Shown: piece after piece, positions 41,356 to 56,222 of the stretch
Numbering within the stretch: the first letter of the stretch is position 1
How the letters are laid out: every line of letters begins with the position of its first letter
DNA from: Octopus vulgaris
Taxonomy: Eukaryota
NCBI GenBank assembly: GCA_951406725.2
Contig: OX597826.1
Location: 59,396,001 to 59,460,000 of the forward strand
DNA: 64,000 bases
Direction of reading: 5' to 3'
Program-made: the position numbers and the translations under genes
The notes under the pieces: generated by a model
Told to the model about the DNA's origin: nothing
The model's input: the letters and a program-made list of their open reading frames with translations, nothing else
Databases searched by the model: none

Positions 41356-43225
41356 CTTTCGTGCTACATAATTTGGCTGGGATGATCTTTTGATATTTTT
41401 TTGACAATATGTTTCCTCAACTCTCAAGAATCCTCCAATGCATTGTCGCAGAATACAGAATTACAATGTCTACCGGTTAACAGTGTATGTCTCAATTCTG
41501 GAATTCTCCACTCTCTTACGAAGTAGTTTCTCTGGTGGTGTGCTAAGTACTCTAGTTACTACAGGATTAATTATCTACACAAAACTGCCATAGGGGAATC
41601 ATGTTATATGCATCTATAACACTGCCTTCAGAAAGTTGGAAGTGGATTACATTTTCTATCACATTGAGTGGCTAGAAAAAGCTTCACAGGGCACATGGAG
41701 AGAAACAATTTCGAGTGATAGAAGCAAATCTATGGCATTATCTGTAACTTAAAGGGGACGCAAAAATAGACTGAAGCAAACTACTGAATTGTTACCTTCT
41801 GAAATATGTGACCACGATGGGTTTACATATTTTTCTTCCACGTGACATATTGCAGTGGACGGCCGACTTAGGGTTCGAATTTCTCTCGAATATTTTTGAG
41901 TTGGAAACAAGTTTATATTTTTATTAATCACTGCTCAGTGTTTCTAATCCGTTTTATACCATTAACCATATAATTTGTGCCTTGGTTTATCGGTGAAAGT
42001 AACAGAAGTACCGTAATAAGAATATCGAAAACAGTATAGACCCATGACTGGTAGTGATAATTGTGTCGCAGTACAAGTGATGGGGTCGGGCCAATGTATT
42101 TTTACCATTAGGGTTCATATTGTCAAATAGACGCAAAGGACATTTGTAATTCCTGATGATCCTCCAAGGCGAAAGAGCTATACCAGACCCGACTCTAGTA
42201 GAAAGCATTGAGACTAAGTGCATGGAACGGATGATGCCTGGTAGTTGTTATATATGTTGGAGTATTTGGATGAGAACTGAATGCTTGGAAGAGCAGGAAA
42301 GATGAAACAAAAACAAAATAGACGAAGATAATGAGGAAGATAACGAAAAGAAATAAAAGCCCCAGGTTCTAGAGGGCCTCCAGTCAAAATTCCGAGGACA
42401 GCAAGTCAAAGATCTTTACTTTGAATGCGTCAAATAGATAATCCATTGTAATTACAGTTAAAAATTTACGAATGATTCGTGGATAATTCAAAAGTGAAAT
42501 ATGAAATTAAAGTCACAGCAAAAAGAAAACTAAACATAAAATAATGAAACTAAATGAGAAGCAACAATTTATTTCAAATGACAAGAAATTCCATCCACCG
42601 TAAAAATAACAGAGAAAAAATAAAACGACTATAAAGATAAACAAATTTTCACTATTCTTTGAAAAGATCAAAGTAACACTTAATAAACAAAATATAAACC
42701 CCATGCAAAAATGAAGGCATTATAAGAAAACTTAAAAGATCTTAGTGCTTCAGAACATCAAAAGTCTTTAAAATTCTCAATGGTGCATTTGATTGCATTC
42801 CATAACAATCTCAGAAATAATTAAGTGAACGGTGTTGAGTGAACTAACTCAACCTACCTAGCAATCTTTCATGTTTATTTCCTTTAATTATATAGTTTTA
42901 ATTATTGTGTTTTGTTGTACAATTTAATTATTTCCGTGTATGTAGTTGGGAGTGTACGTTTAATATGAATGTATGTCTTTATATACGTGTGTGTATCTCT
43001 GTGTCTATGTGTGTGATGTGAATTTGTGTATGCATTTGTGTGTATATATATGCGTATATGTGTGCATGCATATATAAATATACAAGTGTGTGTGCATGTG
43101 CGTGTCTGTGTGTGTTCTAAATGTCTCTCTGTATATAGTGTAACCTCTTTTAGTCTTCCTTTTACTTTAGCTGCAATGAAGGCTTCATAAGTATCCCTGG
43201 GATCATTCGAGGCTAATACAGAAAA

Positions 43226-43265
<40 letters not shown>

Positions 43266-43308
43266 GTTGTTATTGTTGTTGTTGTTCTTCTTCTTCTTAT
43301 TATTATTA

Positions 43309-43400
<92 letters not shown>

Positions 43401-44606
43401 GAAGACGCCACACAGTATCCAAAATAATGATGTTGTTGACTGAAAATACTGTGTGTACCCAAGATTTGTATTGTCTGTGAAATCACAACAAGGACCTCAG
43501 ACAGACTACTTTTTAAAATATGCGTGCAGTTCCAAAGTAATGCCGATTTTTGAAAAACAATCTTAGATTGTAGTATATTTCTAAAATGTTCAGATGTTTT
43601 TCAAGGTTGGGTGGTATTGAACCCAATACTCCGATAACAATAGGGACAATCTTTATGTTTGACTCTCGTAGCTCCCACATCTTAGCGATCTGAATTCTCA
43701 GGTCTCCATATCTATCCATCGTTTCTCTTTTTTTCATGATAATATGTTGGTCTCCTGGCACTGCCTCGTTGAGTATTAGGCACTCTTGTTTGTCCCTCCT
43801 AAAGGTTAGTTTATCAGGCATTCGTTGGCCTGACACCTTGTCTGTCTAGAAGTCAAAATCCCACAGGATTTTTGCCTTCCTCTTTTCCTTCATTACCTTT
43901 TCCGGTATATGTCGGTACCAAGCTCCCGTTACCTCGTACCCATACATCAATCATAGTAGTCATTGAAGGTTTGGGGCTAGTTCGTCATGTGTGCACTTGT
44001 ACTCTCTCTGGGAAATCTTTCACAAACAGTAACAATGTGAGTCACGCTTTCGACTCTCTTCCCATACATTCTGCAGTGGTTTGTTGTCCTTGTGTGGTAA
44101 TAATCTCTTTTCATTGAGTTGGTATTCAATGCCTGATCCTAGACAGCGATGATTAGGCCTTCAGTCTTCTTTTTTAGGTCACCCTTGATGAGCGACCTCC
44201 ATGATGCTTCATGGTCTTTTAAGTTGTTAGTATCACGGTGGAACTGACCATGTAATTCCATAGCGAGTAGGGTTTCTTCTCTTCTCGTTGGCTATTTGTG
44301 ATCGAAATTCAACAGAACTCTCAAGTCAATTTATGGCAAAAATCTTTCGTGCTATATATGTTGGTTGGGATGATCTTTTGGTATTTTTTGACAATAAGTT
44401 TCCTCAACTCCCAAGAATCCTCCAATGCATTGTCGCAGAATACAGAATTACAATTTCTACCGGTTCACAGTGTATGTCTCAATTCTGGTATCCTCCACTC
44501 TCTTACTAAGTAGTTTCTCTGGTGGTGTGCTAAGTGCTCCAGTACCTACAGGATTGATTATCTACAAGAAACTGTCATAAAGGGAATCATGTTATATACA
44601 TCTATG
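41356..44606 (+). repeat. Dispersed direct repeat ~260 bp: 41356-41618 and 44344-44606
   Basis: Long identical runs, e.g. caagaatcctccaatgcattgtcgcagaatacagaattacaat. Confidence 0.9.
43401..44290 (-). mobile_element. 3' part of an RLE-type non-LTR retrotransposon (R4/Dong-like)
   Basis: LHGQF...KKTEGLIIAV*DQAL, ILWDFDF*TD, CLILNEAVPGD...RYGDLRIQIAKMW...VPIVIGVLG...GTARI. The 3' end runs into a (TAA)n tract. Confidence 0.85.
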
Positions 44607-47600
44607 ATTTTATATATAATATATATACATAATATACATATTCATGGTATAGCTTTGTGATTTTGTTGCTCACCACCGTTTGACAACTGCTGCTTGTTTC
44701 CGTATCTTACATCTTCGAATAAGAGTACCATATAAAAAGTACCAGGCTTAAAAAATGAGTCCCGGGGCCGGTTCGTTCGACTAAAACCCTTCAAGGCAAC
44801 ACCTCAGCCTAGCTGCAGTCCAATGACTGAAACAATTAAAACAAATGATATAATTACATGTATATGATATGGAAGATATAATGTTACACATATGTAACTA
44901 CTTCTTGTCGTTTTTGGAATATATATTCAATAGGTAGTCACAAACAAGCAATAACATCATGCTCGATTACACTTCCTACCTCCAGGAAAACTACTGAGAA
45001 GCTGGTCAGTAGTCAAACTAGAGTCGCACTACGAACCATCTCACGTTCGTAGAAATTACACAATTTCGGCAGATATTTTTAATGAACATCCTGTACATTT
45101 CCGTTGTCTGTTTATTTCTGTTTTCTGTTCCTTCTTTTGATCCACCGATTTCATATTGATCTTTCAAACAACGGTGAAGACTTAGAGAAATATTTGATAC
45201 CGTATGTTGTTCATTATTAAAACTTGTAGATTCTGATCTTCTGATTCTGTTCTTTTTACATATTGCTTCTTTTATATTTAACATCAAGAAGTTTCGGCGA
45301 TCCATGTTGTGCGATGTTGTGTCGGAGTTCAAAGGTAGGTTTGCTACAGAGAGCCACTTTTATATCTTAATGTTACTTTCCTACTCGATACATTGCTTGA
45401 CTTCACAAAATAAAACATTTATCATATATGACTGTTTCTTATGGCGAAATGTTTGTTGCTGTTACTCTTCTTTAGATTTCATTATAGCTCTGATTACGGA
45501 AACCATGCTAAATACGTTTAATTTTTAATAATTATGTTATATTTTCAGAAAATCTAGCTAGAATTAAGTTGCCCGGCTGTACGTTTAAGACGAATTTAAT
45601 TTGTTATTCGAGAGAATTTATTGTTATTCATAGCAGGTCGTGATACCACCTAGAAATATCAAGCAACAGCATATGATCTTTCTTGCTGGCGTTTATTAAT
45701 GGGACTGTTGTTTGGCGAATTTTAAGTAAAGCCACATCGCAGGAGTCGAATCAACCGAAGTTCTGGCTGTGTCATCATCTGTCTGATACTCTTCATTGGA
45801 GTTGTTTCTTCTTTTTCTTCTTTGTTCATGGATTATATTGGAATCGAACTGGTTCTTCTGGCGTGAAAACGCTCTTAAATAACAAGCTTAGCATGTGCAT
45901 CATTTTGTCCACGCTAACGTCTATCAGCTTCGTGAAATATTTTATGAAAGAGAAGATAAACTGTCAGTCCCTTTCTGTTGAAATTACCATTTTCCAAGTT
46001 TTTGCCATTCATTCCTCATTATAATCAGGCACTTGCATGAACGTTTCTGACACGCATATTCCAAACTGTCGTAGTTCTTCCATTATACCTCTGAAAGGAA
46101 ACCTGCATTTACAAATCTAAAAGAGAGCACCTATTTCATGTTCTTTAGGTGTGACAAGATTTCTTTCATATCTCTCCTGGGTGTCTTTTCAAGTCATTTA
46201 TCTGATGAGAAATGCATTTTAAACGCAAGTTTCTCTTTTGTATTTCATCAATATTCTTTGGGGAGAAGCCTTCCTCGTTTCCTGATAAAATACAATCGTA
46301 CATCTTACCATTTGTTGACGACAATCATGTTCAGTTCTAATTGTAACGTTACACATAGGTTGTCTGAAAATATATAATTTCTCTGTCATCTATCGTTGTT
46401 GCTGTTGTTATTTTTGCAGCTCTGTTGCCACTATTACAATTATGTCAATGACTCTTCATTACAATTAACGGTTTTGCTATTATTGATCATGTGCCCGGTT
46501 TTGTTGGTATTCTTAAATAGCAAAAATGTCCGGTGTAACAATTATAATTGGAATTATTGCTGCTATTTTGGCAATTCTTTATAGCGCACAAAATTCGCAT
46601 TATTGCTGTTCCCTTCATATAAAGGAGAAAATCAGCTAGATATTGTTATGGGAATTCATTCGAACCTCCACTCTCGTAAAACATGCAAAAATGAATTTAT
46701 TATGTATGAAGGCAAGAATGCATGGACATTTACAAAAAATTCTTTCCCTAAACGAGAGAAGCACAAACAAATTAACTTGAAAGTCACAGAGAAATAGCTT
46801 CATCATACAAACCTTACCGAAATGTTCCACATTTATAAAAGTTATTTCTAAATTGAAATAATAATAAATAATTTGTGGAAGGTAGAGGAGAACTTATGTC
46901 AAACAGATGCAACATTGGTAGAACTTGAACTCAATGTAAATATAGGTAAATAAATAGTGTAGCAATATAATTTACTCTGATAACGATATGGTTACACGTT
47001 TCAGTAATCATTGACTTTAATGAAGACTCAATGGCAGAGATTTTAGAGAATTGGGTGTATAGATAACATCCACAGTACGTGAATGCTACATTATTTTAAC
47101 CACTGTCGACTGATGGAAGGCGGATTTGTCCTCGTCGAGATTTGAATATCAACATAGTGAGGAGGAATAAATAACGCAAAGCTTATTTCTGAAGCGCCAA
47201 CGATTCTGATAAGCCTCTGCCCTCACGTTTTACTACTGCTAATAATAAAGCTTTTTATTTGCTTTCTTTAGAGACAGCACATGGAGAAATTGAGAAATAG
47301 AGAAAAAAAACTACCCCAACAAGATAAAAGAACTATGTATTATAGAATATACATTATATATATAAAGAAGAAATTAGCAATATCCATAGAGGGACAGCAA
47401 TAAAATAACAAAAAGAAATGTAAAGAAAACAAAATATAGCGTATATTCACCTAATTACAAGCAAATATATATGATAATCAGAATAATCTACACAAAACCC
47501 TCAGTTACCTTAAAAATAAAGTTCCTCTTATAATTTTTCCATTTAGCCATAAAAATATTAGAAATCGCTTTCCTTTAGAATAATACGCTAGTCTTTTGCA

Positions 47601-48928
47601 GGGTTAATCACCAGCTATAGCTGGTACTCATTGTCAACTAAATGGAGTGGGGCGAAGTGAAATGAAATCCTCACCTCGAAACTAAAATTGAAGTGGAAAG
47701 TGAATTCACAACCTTACATTGTTGATTCCTGCACATTTACGAATTACCCACGCGCCTTCACTATATATCGAAGACGTAGCATGGAATGTAAAATCATTGA
47801 ACTTCGACATATCGAAACTAGGTAAATTCTGGCCTCAAAAGCTAATGAGCGGAGTTACATATGCTATGTGTCATTTCCCGTCCATTAATTGTTTCGCTAC
47901 TTTATTCCTGGCAACAATATCATCCTACAGTTACTACTCATCTATCGCCGTTATCTTGTCTCTATATCGCCAATCTCTATTTTCCTTCATCATTATAATC
48001 CTCATAATTCCTTTTATATTTCTACAATTTCTTCCAGGTCTTAATTATCGATTCTCCTTTTCTGCCTTTTTTTATTAGCTCAATTCCACAATTACTCTTC
48101 TTTCTGCCTGTTCCTCAGCCGGAACGTTCCTTTCATACATCGCGTCACATCTAATGATTGTACTCAGGGCTAATTCAAAACTACCTTTCTTTCCTTCATT
48201 ATCATTTCTATCTTGTATATCAATATAGAAAAGAAGTGTTTTTCCTACAATCCTTTGTGCTGGCCCTCGGTAATTTTGTTCATTTCTCTGCTTTGTAGAA
48301 AGAGTACAGTCTCTAGTCCCACCACCTCTGTCTGTCTGTTTCTCTCTATTTCAGGCCTTGGTTTCAAATTTTGGCCTAAGACCAGCAATTTCGAGGAAGG
48401 GTGTAAATCTACATCGACCCCTCCACAGCTAAGCAGCTACATATTTTATCGAATTAAAAGAGACGAAAGACAAAGCCACCTTAATAAGAAAAAAATATTG
48501 CAGTCTATTATAAGGTAAGGAGCTAGCCGAATCGGTGGAGGCCGGACAGAATGGTTAGCAGCATGCCATCAGACAATACGAGCTGAGTTCAAATTTCGCT
48601 CGATTAAATAAATCCCAGTTGAGCTCTGATGTTGATGTAATGTCCCAGGATATTGGTGACCTAGTGCCGAAATTTGAAATCGATAATGTTTGTTATGAAA
48701 GGTCGAAACATATCATCACACTTCTGCTCCAAGGTCACTGACGTAATTTCATTTCATTATTTCACACATGTGTGTGTATGTGTGTATATATATATATATA
48801 TTTAAACACAAACGCATATGTATGTACTTATACAAACGCACACACAAACATATATATATATATATATATATTTCATAATAAGATAAAAACCAAGGCTGTG
48901 TAGATTTTAGAGCATTTATAGATAGAAT

Positions 48929-48976
48929 GTCTTACAGCTGTTTCCAGGATATTTATTATATCCCTTCATTGGTGAC
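48929..48976 (-). ncRNA. Decayed hammerhead ribozyme motif
   Basis: Minus: gtca-CCAATGA-a gggatat aataa atatcct g-GAAA-cagctg-TA-agac. Long stem II, palindromic stem III, two core substitutions. Confidence 0.45.
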
Positions 48977-49667
48977 GGTGAGAGAGGATGGGTAAGTAAT
49001 AATTAATTTAGATAAGATACAAAATAGAGAGTGAAGATGGAAGAGAGAAAATAGATGTATAGAGATACATACGTACATACATACATACATACATACAAAC
49101 ATACGTATATACATACATACATACATACATACATACATACATTTATGGACTGCCATTTTCGTATCTTCATTCTTCTAACCGTGATATAACTTCATCTATT
49201 ATTTAGGAGTTATAATTTTGTGGGAAAGATACGACGCATGTGATAATTAAAATAATTGGGATTAGCTTTGAGGTGTTGTTATACGCAAGAAATGAGTGAA
49301 TCTTAAGAACTAATAATACAAATGCTAATTGTTATGGCAATCCACATATATCTTCCGTTGTTTCTTATTCAAGGATGGGAATATGAATGTTGTTATTTGA
49401 GATTAATGTATAAGAGATTTACATGCATGCACACACACACACACATGAAAACGCGCGCACGCATTCACAGAAACACATACACACGTACACACATACACAC
49501 ACAAACATCTACATGGATACGTACTTCTTCTTTGTATGTATATATTTGTGCGTATGAGAACAAGTCTGTTTGTGTTTGTGTTTAAGCGTATGTATCTGTG
49601 TGTGCGTGATGCACATAGTTATCCATCATTTGAATAATGTTATTTTTTCCATTTCAATTTACATTAT

Positions 49668-50540
49668 TTCTTCTTCTTCTTCTTCTTCTTCTTCTTCTTC
49701 TTCTTCTTCTTCTTCTTCTTCTTCTTCTTCTTCTTCTTCTCCTTCTTCTTCTCCTCCTCCTCCTCCTCCTCCTCTCCTCCTCCTTCTTCTTCTTTCTTAT
49801 TCTTGTTCTTTTTCTTGTTGTTATGTTGTTTTTGTTGTTGTTGTTGTTGTTCTTCTTCTTCTTCTTTCTTCTTCTTCTTTCTTCCTCTTGTTCTTGTTCT
49901 TCTTGTTCTTCTTTTTCTTGTTGTTGTTATGTTGTTTTTGTTGTTGTTGTTCTTCTTCTTCTCCTTCTTCTTTCTTCTTCTTCTTCTTCTTCTTCTTCTT
50001 CTTCTTCTCCTCCTCCTCCTTCTCCTCTCCTCCTCCTTCTTCTTCTTCTTCTTTCTTCTTCTTGTCCTTGTTCTTGTTCTTTTTCTTGTTGTTATGTTGT
50101 TTTTGTTGTTGTTGTTGTTGTTCTTCTTCTTCTTCTTTCTTTCTTCTTCTTCTTTCTTCCTCTTGTTCTTGTTCTTCTTGTTCTTCTTTTTCTTGTTGTT
50201 GTTATGTTGTTTTTTGTTGTTGTTGTTCTTCTTCTTCTCCTTCTTCTTTCTTCTTCTTCTCCTTCTTCTTTCTTCTTCTTCTCCTTCTTCTTTCTTCTTC
50301 TTCTCCTTCTTTCTTCTTCTCCTTCTTTCTTGTTCTTGTTCTTGTTCTTCTTGTTCTTCTTTTTCTTGTTGTTGTTATGTTGTTTTTGTTGTTTTTGCTG
50401 TTCTTCTTCTCCTTCTTCTTTCTTCTTCTTCTTCTTTCTTGTTCTTGCTCTTGTTCTTCTTCGTTCGTCGTCTTGTTATTGTTGCTGTTATTGTTGTTAA
50501 TCTTCCTCTTCTTCTTCTATTATTTCTAATAGTAATAGTA

Positions 50541-50626
<86 letters not shown>

Positions 50627-50680
50627 CATCATCATCGTCGTCATCATGGTCATCATCATCATCATCGTCGTCATCAGCAA
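49668..50680. repeat. Compound (TCT/TGT/TCC)n tract followed by (TAA)n/(TCA)n
   Basis: Direct inspection; source of the three longest spurious ORFs. Confidence 0.95.
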
Positions 50681-50860
50681 CACTTTTTCATTCCTAATAT
50701 TTAATATGTCATTTCCCGAACAGAAACGAAAAAACGAATAACAAATTTCTAGCAAATCTCCCAAACAACCTAACATCAACAACAACAACAACAAGAGAAT
50801 CATCATCATCACCATCATCATTATGATCTTCATCATCATCACCCCATCATTATCATCACT

Positions 50861-50891
<31 letters not shown>

Positions 50892-51477
50892 CCAACATCA
50901 TCATCCCATCAAGATCATTACTATCATCATCATCGAAAACAACAACAACATCAGACGTGGCTGCAGAGGTTATATTATGCTAATGTGCTACAATGCCCAG
51001 TGGTTCCACCAATATTTATTTTAATAAACTCACCATTCCAACAAATTCCCCTTACAACGACCACTGTTGACTTAATTATCCCATATTTATACCTCTGGTT
51101 ATCTAGAGCTGTTAATGTGAACACAACAATTGATATATTCAGATCACATAAATTTGGGCAAATTTCGTGAGGGGAAATTTGATTTCATTAATTTTTCTGT
51201 TTATTTGTGTATAGCATATTTTTTGTTAATTTTTCTGTGTATATTTTCGTATTACTTGTTTTGCGCTGTGACAAGTTTTACAAGTCTTTTTATTGTTATT
51301 TTTCTGATAAAAATGTATGAAAAAAAAGTAGTGTTTTTTTATGTATGTATGTATGTATGTATGTATGTATGTATCCGTGTATGTATGTATGTCAGTATGT
51401 ATGTATATATATATGTATGTTTGTATGTATTAATATATTTATCTCTGTATCTATCTGTCGATCGATCTCCATCTCTC

Positions 51478-51515
<38 letters not shown>

Positions 51516-51868
51516 TGGATAAATAGATAGATATATGCATACATACATGCATATATATATACATGCATGCATATATATATATATATATATATTATGTATA
51601 TATGTACATACACATATATTATATATACATATGTATATGCATCAATGTTAGTGTGTGTGTATGTGTGTCTATATACATATATATATCATAAAACAGACAC
51701 ATACACACACGAATATGTATGCATATATACGCGCATGCATATATACGGCTTTGTGTTTACTTATCAACCACATGACTGTGGGGGAGTGACCCCTCTTGTG
51801 TAGCCCGAGCCGGAGCAATGCCGTGATATATATATATGAGTACGTGTGTGTGTGTGTGTGTATGTATG

Positions 51869-51915
<47 letters not shown>

Positions 51916-52269
51916 ACGTGTGTGTGTGTAGTGAAACCGACATTTCCTACACGTGAAGGTTTTGGGTATGTGTCTGCATTCCAGCAGCATTCATGGTCCA
52001 GTGCTCAAGCTGAATACTACATTCGAGATACTCTATCTTCCTACCTTAAAATTCTGCAAAGTCGTACACCAGCCAGGCTGTAGTTTGATGGCTGAAACAA
52101 ATCAAACGTAAAGGGCATCTAATTGCAATGGATCTTGCAGCGAAATACTTGCGTGTGTTTCCAATGATATGAACACTATAGCTTTAGAAAGAGCAGCTCT
52201 AGAAGCAAAGTATACGGATGAGTATACGGATACTATGACGGTGGTGACACCTCACTGCTGCTACTGCAG

Positions 52270-52351
<82 letters not shown>

Positions 52352-52382
52352 CACCACCACCACCACTGCTACTGTTATTACT

Positions 52383-52615
52383 TATTTCTTTATTGCCCAC
52401 AAGGAGCTGAACACAGAGGGAACAAACAAGGACAGGCAAACGGATTAAGTCGATTACATCGACCCCAGTGCGTAACTGGTACTTTATTTATCGACCTCGA
52501 AAAGATGAAAGGCAAAGTCGACCTCGGCGGAATTTGAACACAGAACGTAACGGCAGACGAAATACCGCTAAGCATTTCGCCCGGCGTGCTAACGTTTCTG
52601 CCAGCTCGCCGCCTT
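52383..52615 (-). mobile_element. SINE family B, full length
   Basis: Highly similar to 22403-22637. Confidence 0.85.
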
Positions 52616-52926
52616 GCTACTGTTACTGCTACCACCATCACCACATCACCACATCACCACCAACACCACCACTACCACTACTACTATTACAACCACCACC
52701 ATCACCACATCACAACCAACACCACTATCACCACCACCGCTACCACCACTACCACTACCACCACTACCACTACTACTATTACAACCACCACCATCACCAC
52801 ATCACAACCAACACCACAACTACTACTACTACTACTACTACAACCACCACCATCCCCACATCACCACCAACACTACTACCACCACCACCATCACCACCAC
52901 TACTACTTTTACTACTAATACTACCC

Positions 52927-52996
<70 letters not shown>

Positions 52997-53005
52997 TACT
53001 ACCTC
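52616..53005. repeat. Compound (ACC/ACT)n tract
   Basis: Direct inspection. Confidence 0.95.
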
Positions 53006-53238
53006 TAGCCTCATCAGTATATTGATAATCGATATTTTCCGCAAAAGAAGCTCTCATGTCATTTTCTCTTAACTTAGTCTTAAAATAACCTCAGAAATAT
53101 AAAATTATTCCCGAAATTGTCATTTTAGGATGTTTCTACGTCTTTCGACTGTCTGAGGCCCTTTTAAATTGGAAAACCATGAAAATCTTTAAACTATTAG
53201 TAATGTATTATTGCAAAAAGATTAAGGTATCTGAAGTA

Positions 53239-53791
53239 TTGGGTTGTCCGAAAAGTTTGTGCCGATTTTTAAAGGAAAGAAAAAAGTCAATAAATACCTG
53301 CCATTACATTTTTAATCAACCAAATATGCACCATTTTGTTGCACAATGCGTCTCTATCTTTCCTTTAACTTGAAAATACCCTCTTCCTAGAATTGAAGTG
53401 GTTTCATGGCAAAGAATTCATCAAGGTATTTTTTACGGCATCCAAGGAATTGAAATTTTTCCCATTAAGACTATTCTACAGAGACCTGAATAAATGGAAA
53501 TCCGAAGGCGCAACATCTGGTGAATATGGAGGGTGGGGTAACACATCCCAGCCTAGCTGCAGCAATTTTTGTCTGCTTCCCAAAGCATGAAGTGCCGAAA
53601 ATGAACTTTCTTATCTTCCATTTTAAAGGGTTACAGAATTAACACAGGTTATGGGAACATAAACCATCTTCCTCGAAACTGTGCTCTAAATGGAGGTGTA
53701 GTCAAATCCTATTTTATGGACTCAACCATGTTCTAAAATAAGTCGAAAGATAAGCTGCTATAAATCGGCACGAACTTTCCGGACAACCCAA
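53239..53791 (-). mobile_element. Internally deleted non-autonomous mariner with intact TIRs and TA target duplication
   Basis: 30-bp TIRs (ttgggttgtccgaaaagtttgtgccgattt, 2 mismatches between ends), TA on both sides, minus-strand PPYSPDVAPSDFHLFRSL motif. Confidence 0.9.
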
Positions 53792-54364
53792 TATTTCCTT
53801 TTTGTTCTAATGAGCACTTTTTTACGAACCAGACACATGATGTGATTACGTAATGCTAAAACCACTTTCTTTAAGACTGACGTTTCTATATAAAGCTATT
53901 ATTTCGGTAAAGGTTGTTTTTAACTATATCATGTTGAAATATCTTTCTTCGTTTATTGAAAGTTATAGACATGAATCAAACAGAAGAAAAAAATGTCTTT
54001 GTTATATATTTTTGCTTGTCTGTCTGTGCATATTTGGTGCGGTTTCAGAAGACAACTACGCACCTAAGTAACAAAGTTAAAATTATTACGTAACATGAAC
54101 TGTTCTGTCTACAGATTTTGGGCGATATAGTTTGTACTAAAATGAATCACGAAATAATTTACTGATGAAACTTTATTTCTTGTGAAGAGAATTCTTTTAG
54201 CATGAGAAACAACAAACTCACAAGAAGCATCGAATTCTTTCGGTTCTCTGTAAATCCAGGCAAAAATGAGCGATTGCATAACGTCCCCACCTTTCAACAC
54301 GTTAGATGAATAAATGTTGATCATAGCCATGTGTTCAGAGGAATTCTTTGTGGTTTCAAAAATT

Positions 54365-54660
54365 CACCTCTGGAAACATGGGCTTTGCATTCGTTATCCT
54401 TAAACAAACCTTATTCAAGGATCTTTTGAGTGGGATGGGCTACTCGACCTGAAAAAATTCTAACTGGGCCCCACCTGCAAGGTTATGCGCTGTTTCTCTT
54501 GATATGAGACCACTATATTGCGCACGTATTTTTTGTGTTCCATGTGTCTTGTGTACCCGTATCAGACAGGTATTCATGATGGGTATATTGAGCTTCGTAT
54601 ATTTTTTACTCCAGTATCACTTTGATGGCATGCGCTGCACTCTTACTCAGTAATAATAAT
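54365..54660 (+). mobile_element. (TAA)n-tailed interspersed repeat; inverted partial copy at 18906-18990
   Basis: 54560-54650 is the reverse complement of 18906-18990; both end in (TAA)n. Confidence 0.55.
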
Positions 54661-55135
54661 AACATATGCAGACAAATTCAAGACCAAACACAAAGGGTTT
54701 GCAGATATATCATACAATAAATAAGACTGCTAGGCATCACAAACATCCTACGTAAAGGACATTCAGTGCGACAGAAATATCACCACCATATCAAATCAGA
54801 ACACTTAGCGGAAGCCCAGACTTGCGCTCGGTGGTGAAACCATGCAATAACAATAAGATCATTAATGAATAAAGAGAACGATAAGAAAAACAGCAATAAC
54901 AACAACAACAACAACAATATGAATAACATGAACAACAACAAAAACAACTACAGCGTTAACGATAATATTAATAATAAAATCAGATATTGTCGCCAACTCT
55001 TTACGAGAACACCACATGGGAGTTCGTTAGCGAAACAAACTAGATTACGATGAAGTTCAAAGGGAAATATGTACGATAAATATTATGAATGTAGAAAACT
55101 TTATTAATAATTAAGACAACAATATATTATAATAT

Positions 55136-55519
55136 CGTAGCACTCTGTCGATTACAACGATGAGGATTTCAGTTGATAGGATCAACGGAACAGCCTGTTC
55201 GTGAAATTAACGTGCAAGTGGATGAGCCCTCCACAGACACGAGTACTCTTAACGTAATTCTAAGCGAGGTTCAGCGTGAGACAGAGTGTGACAAGGCTAG
55301 CCCTTTAAAATACAGGTACAGCAGAAACAGGATGAGAGAGTGAGAGAAAGTTATGGTGAAAGAGTATAGCAGGGTTCGCCAGAAGCCCCTGCCGGAGTCT
55401 CGTGAAGCTTTAGGTATTTTCCCTCAATAAACACTCACGACACCCGGTCTGAGAATTGAGACTGTGACCCTACGACAACGAGTCCGCTGCCATAACCACT
55501 GGGCCATTGCACCTCCACA
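55136..55519 (-). mobile_element. tRNA-derived SINE family C, full length
   Basis: Minus-strand head gtggaggtgcaatggcccagtggttatggcagcggactcg...; matches 63735-63927. Confidence 0.8.
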
Positions 55520-56047
55520 CATTATAATGTAGAACAAGAACAAAACATCACAAAAATATAGTAAGGTTCACATTCCTAAAAACAGTCCAAAGTAAGATCT
55601 TGTCCTAATCCTATTCTTAAATATCGTAACTGCTGTATTACTGTGCATACCTCGTGCTTAGATCTGTTTTAATCCTTAGGACTCATCAATTTGGAACTTA
55701 ACTCTGCTTCCATGGGGCATATGTGACTGATATCACGTCACTCCTTCTTGCAATGGACACCAGCCCGGTACAGTTTTAACTGCTCAACTGTCCTTAGAAG
55801 TCTTTTGTAGCTAAGTGGATTGAAGCAACGTGATGTGAAGACTTTTAGTCAAGAATCGAAACCAGGAATTTATGATTGAGAATGCAAAAACGTCACCACA
55901 AGGTCATAAACCTCACGGCCTCTCGTTACACGTATTCGCTACACCGAACGGAGATGGAAGGTAAAGCAAAATAATATACAACAAGGTAAAACGCCATTCT
56001 ATTCTATAACTCTTAAAAAAAAGAAAAGGATATAATGTGATGGATAC

Positions 56048-56178
56048 CTCAGAAAACCTCGAGTGTGTGCATGCCGTGATGCAGCAAAAAACCGTATAAA
56101 AATTGTTTGAAATATAAGCAGGAGGAGAACGGTTACGGTGACAACAATGATGATAATGACGACGACGACATCGATGAA

Positions 56179-56222
<44 letters not shown>

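Noticed and set aside
42153-42184. CTGATGA-tcctccaaggc-GAAA-gagc-TA hammerhead-like string
   Set aside because: Only a 2-bp stem II and no stem I adjacent to the core; could be decayed but is unsupported.
49570-50842. Long ORFs of 155-319 aa
   Set aside because: Translations of (TCT/TGT/TAA)n tracts open in several frames; no coding signal.
51095-51112. miR-9-like string tggttatctag
   Set aside because: Short partial match, wrong seed, no hairpin.
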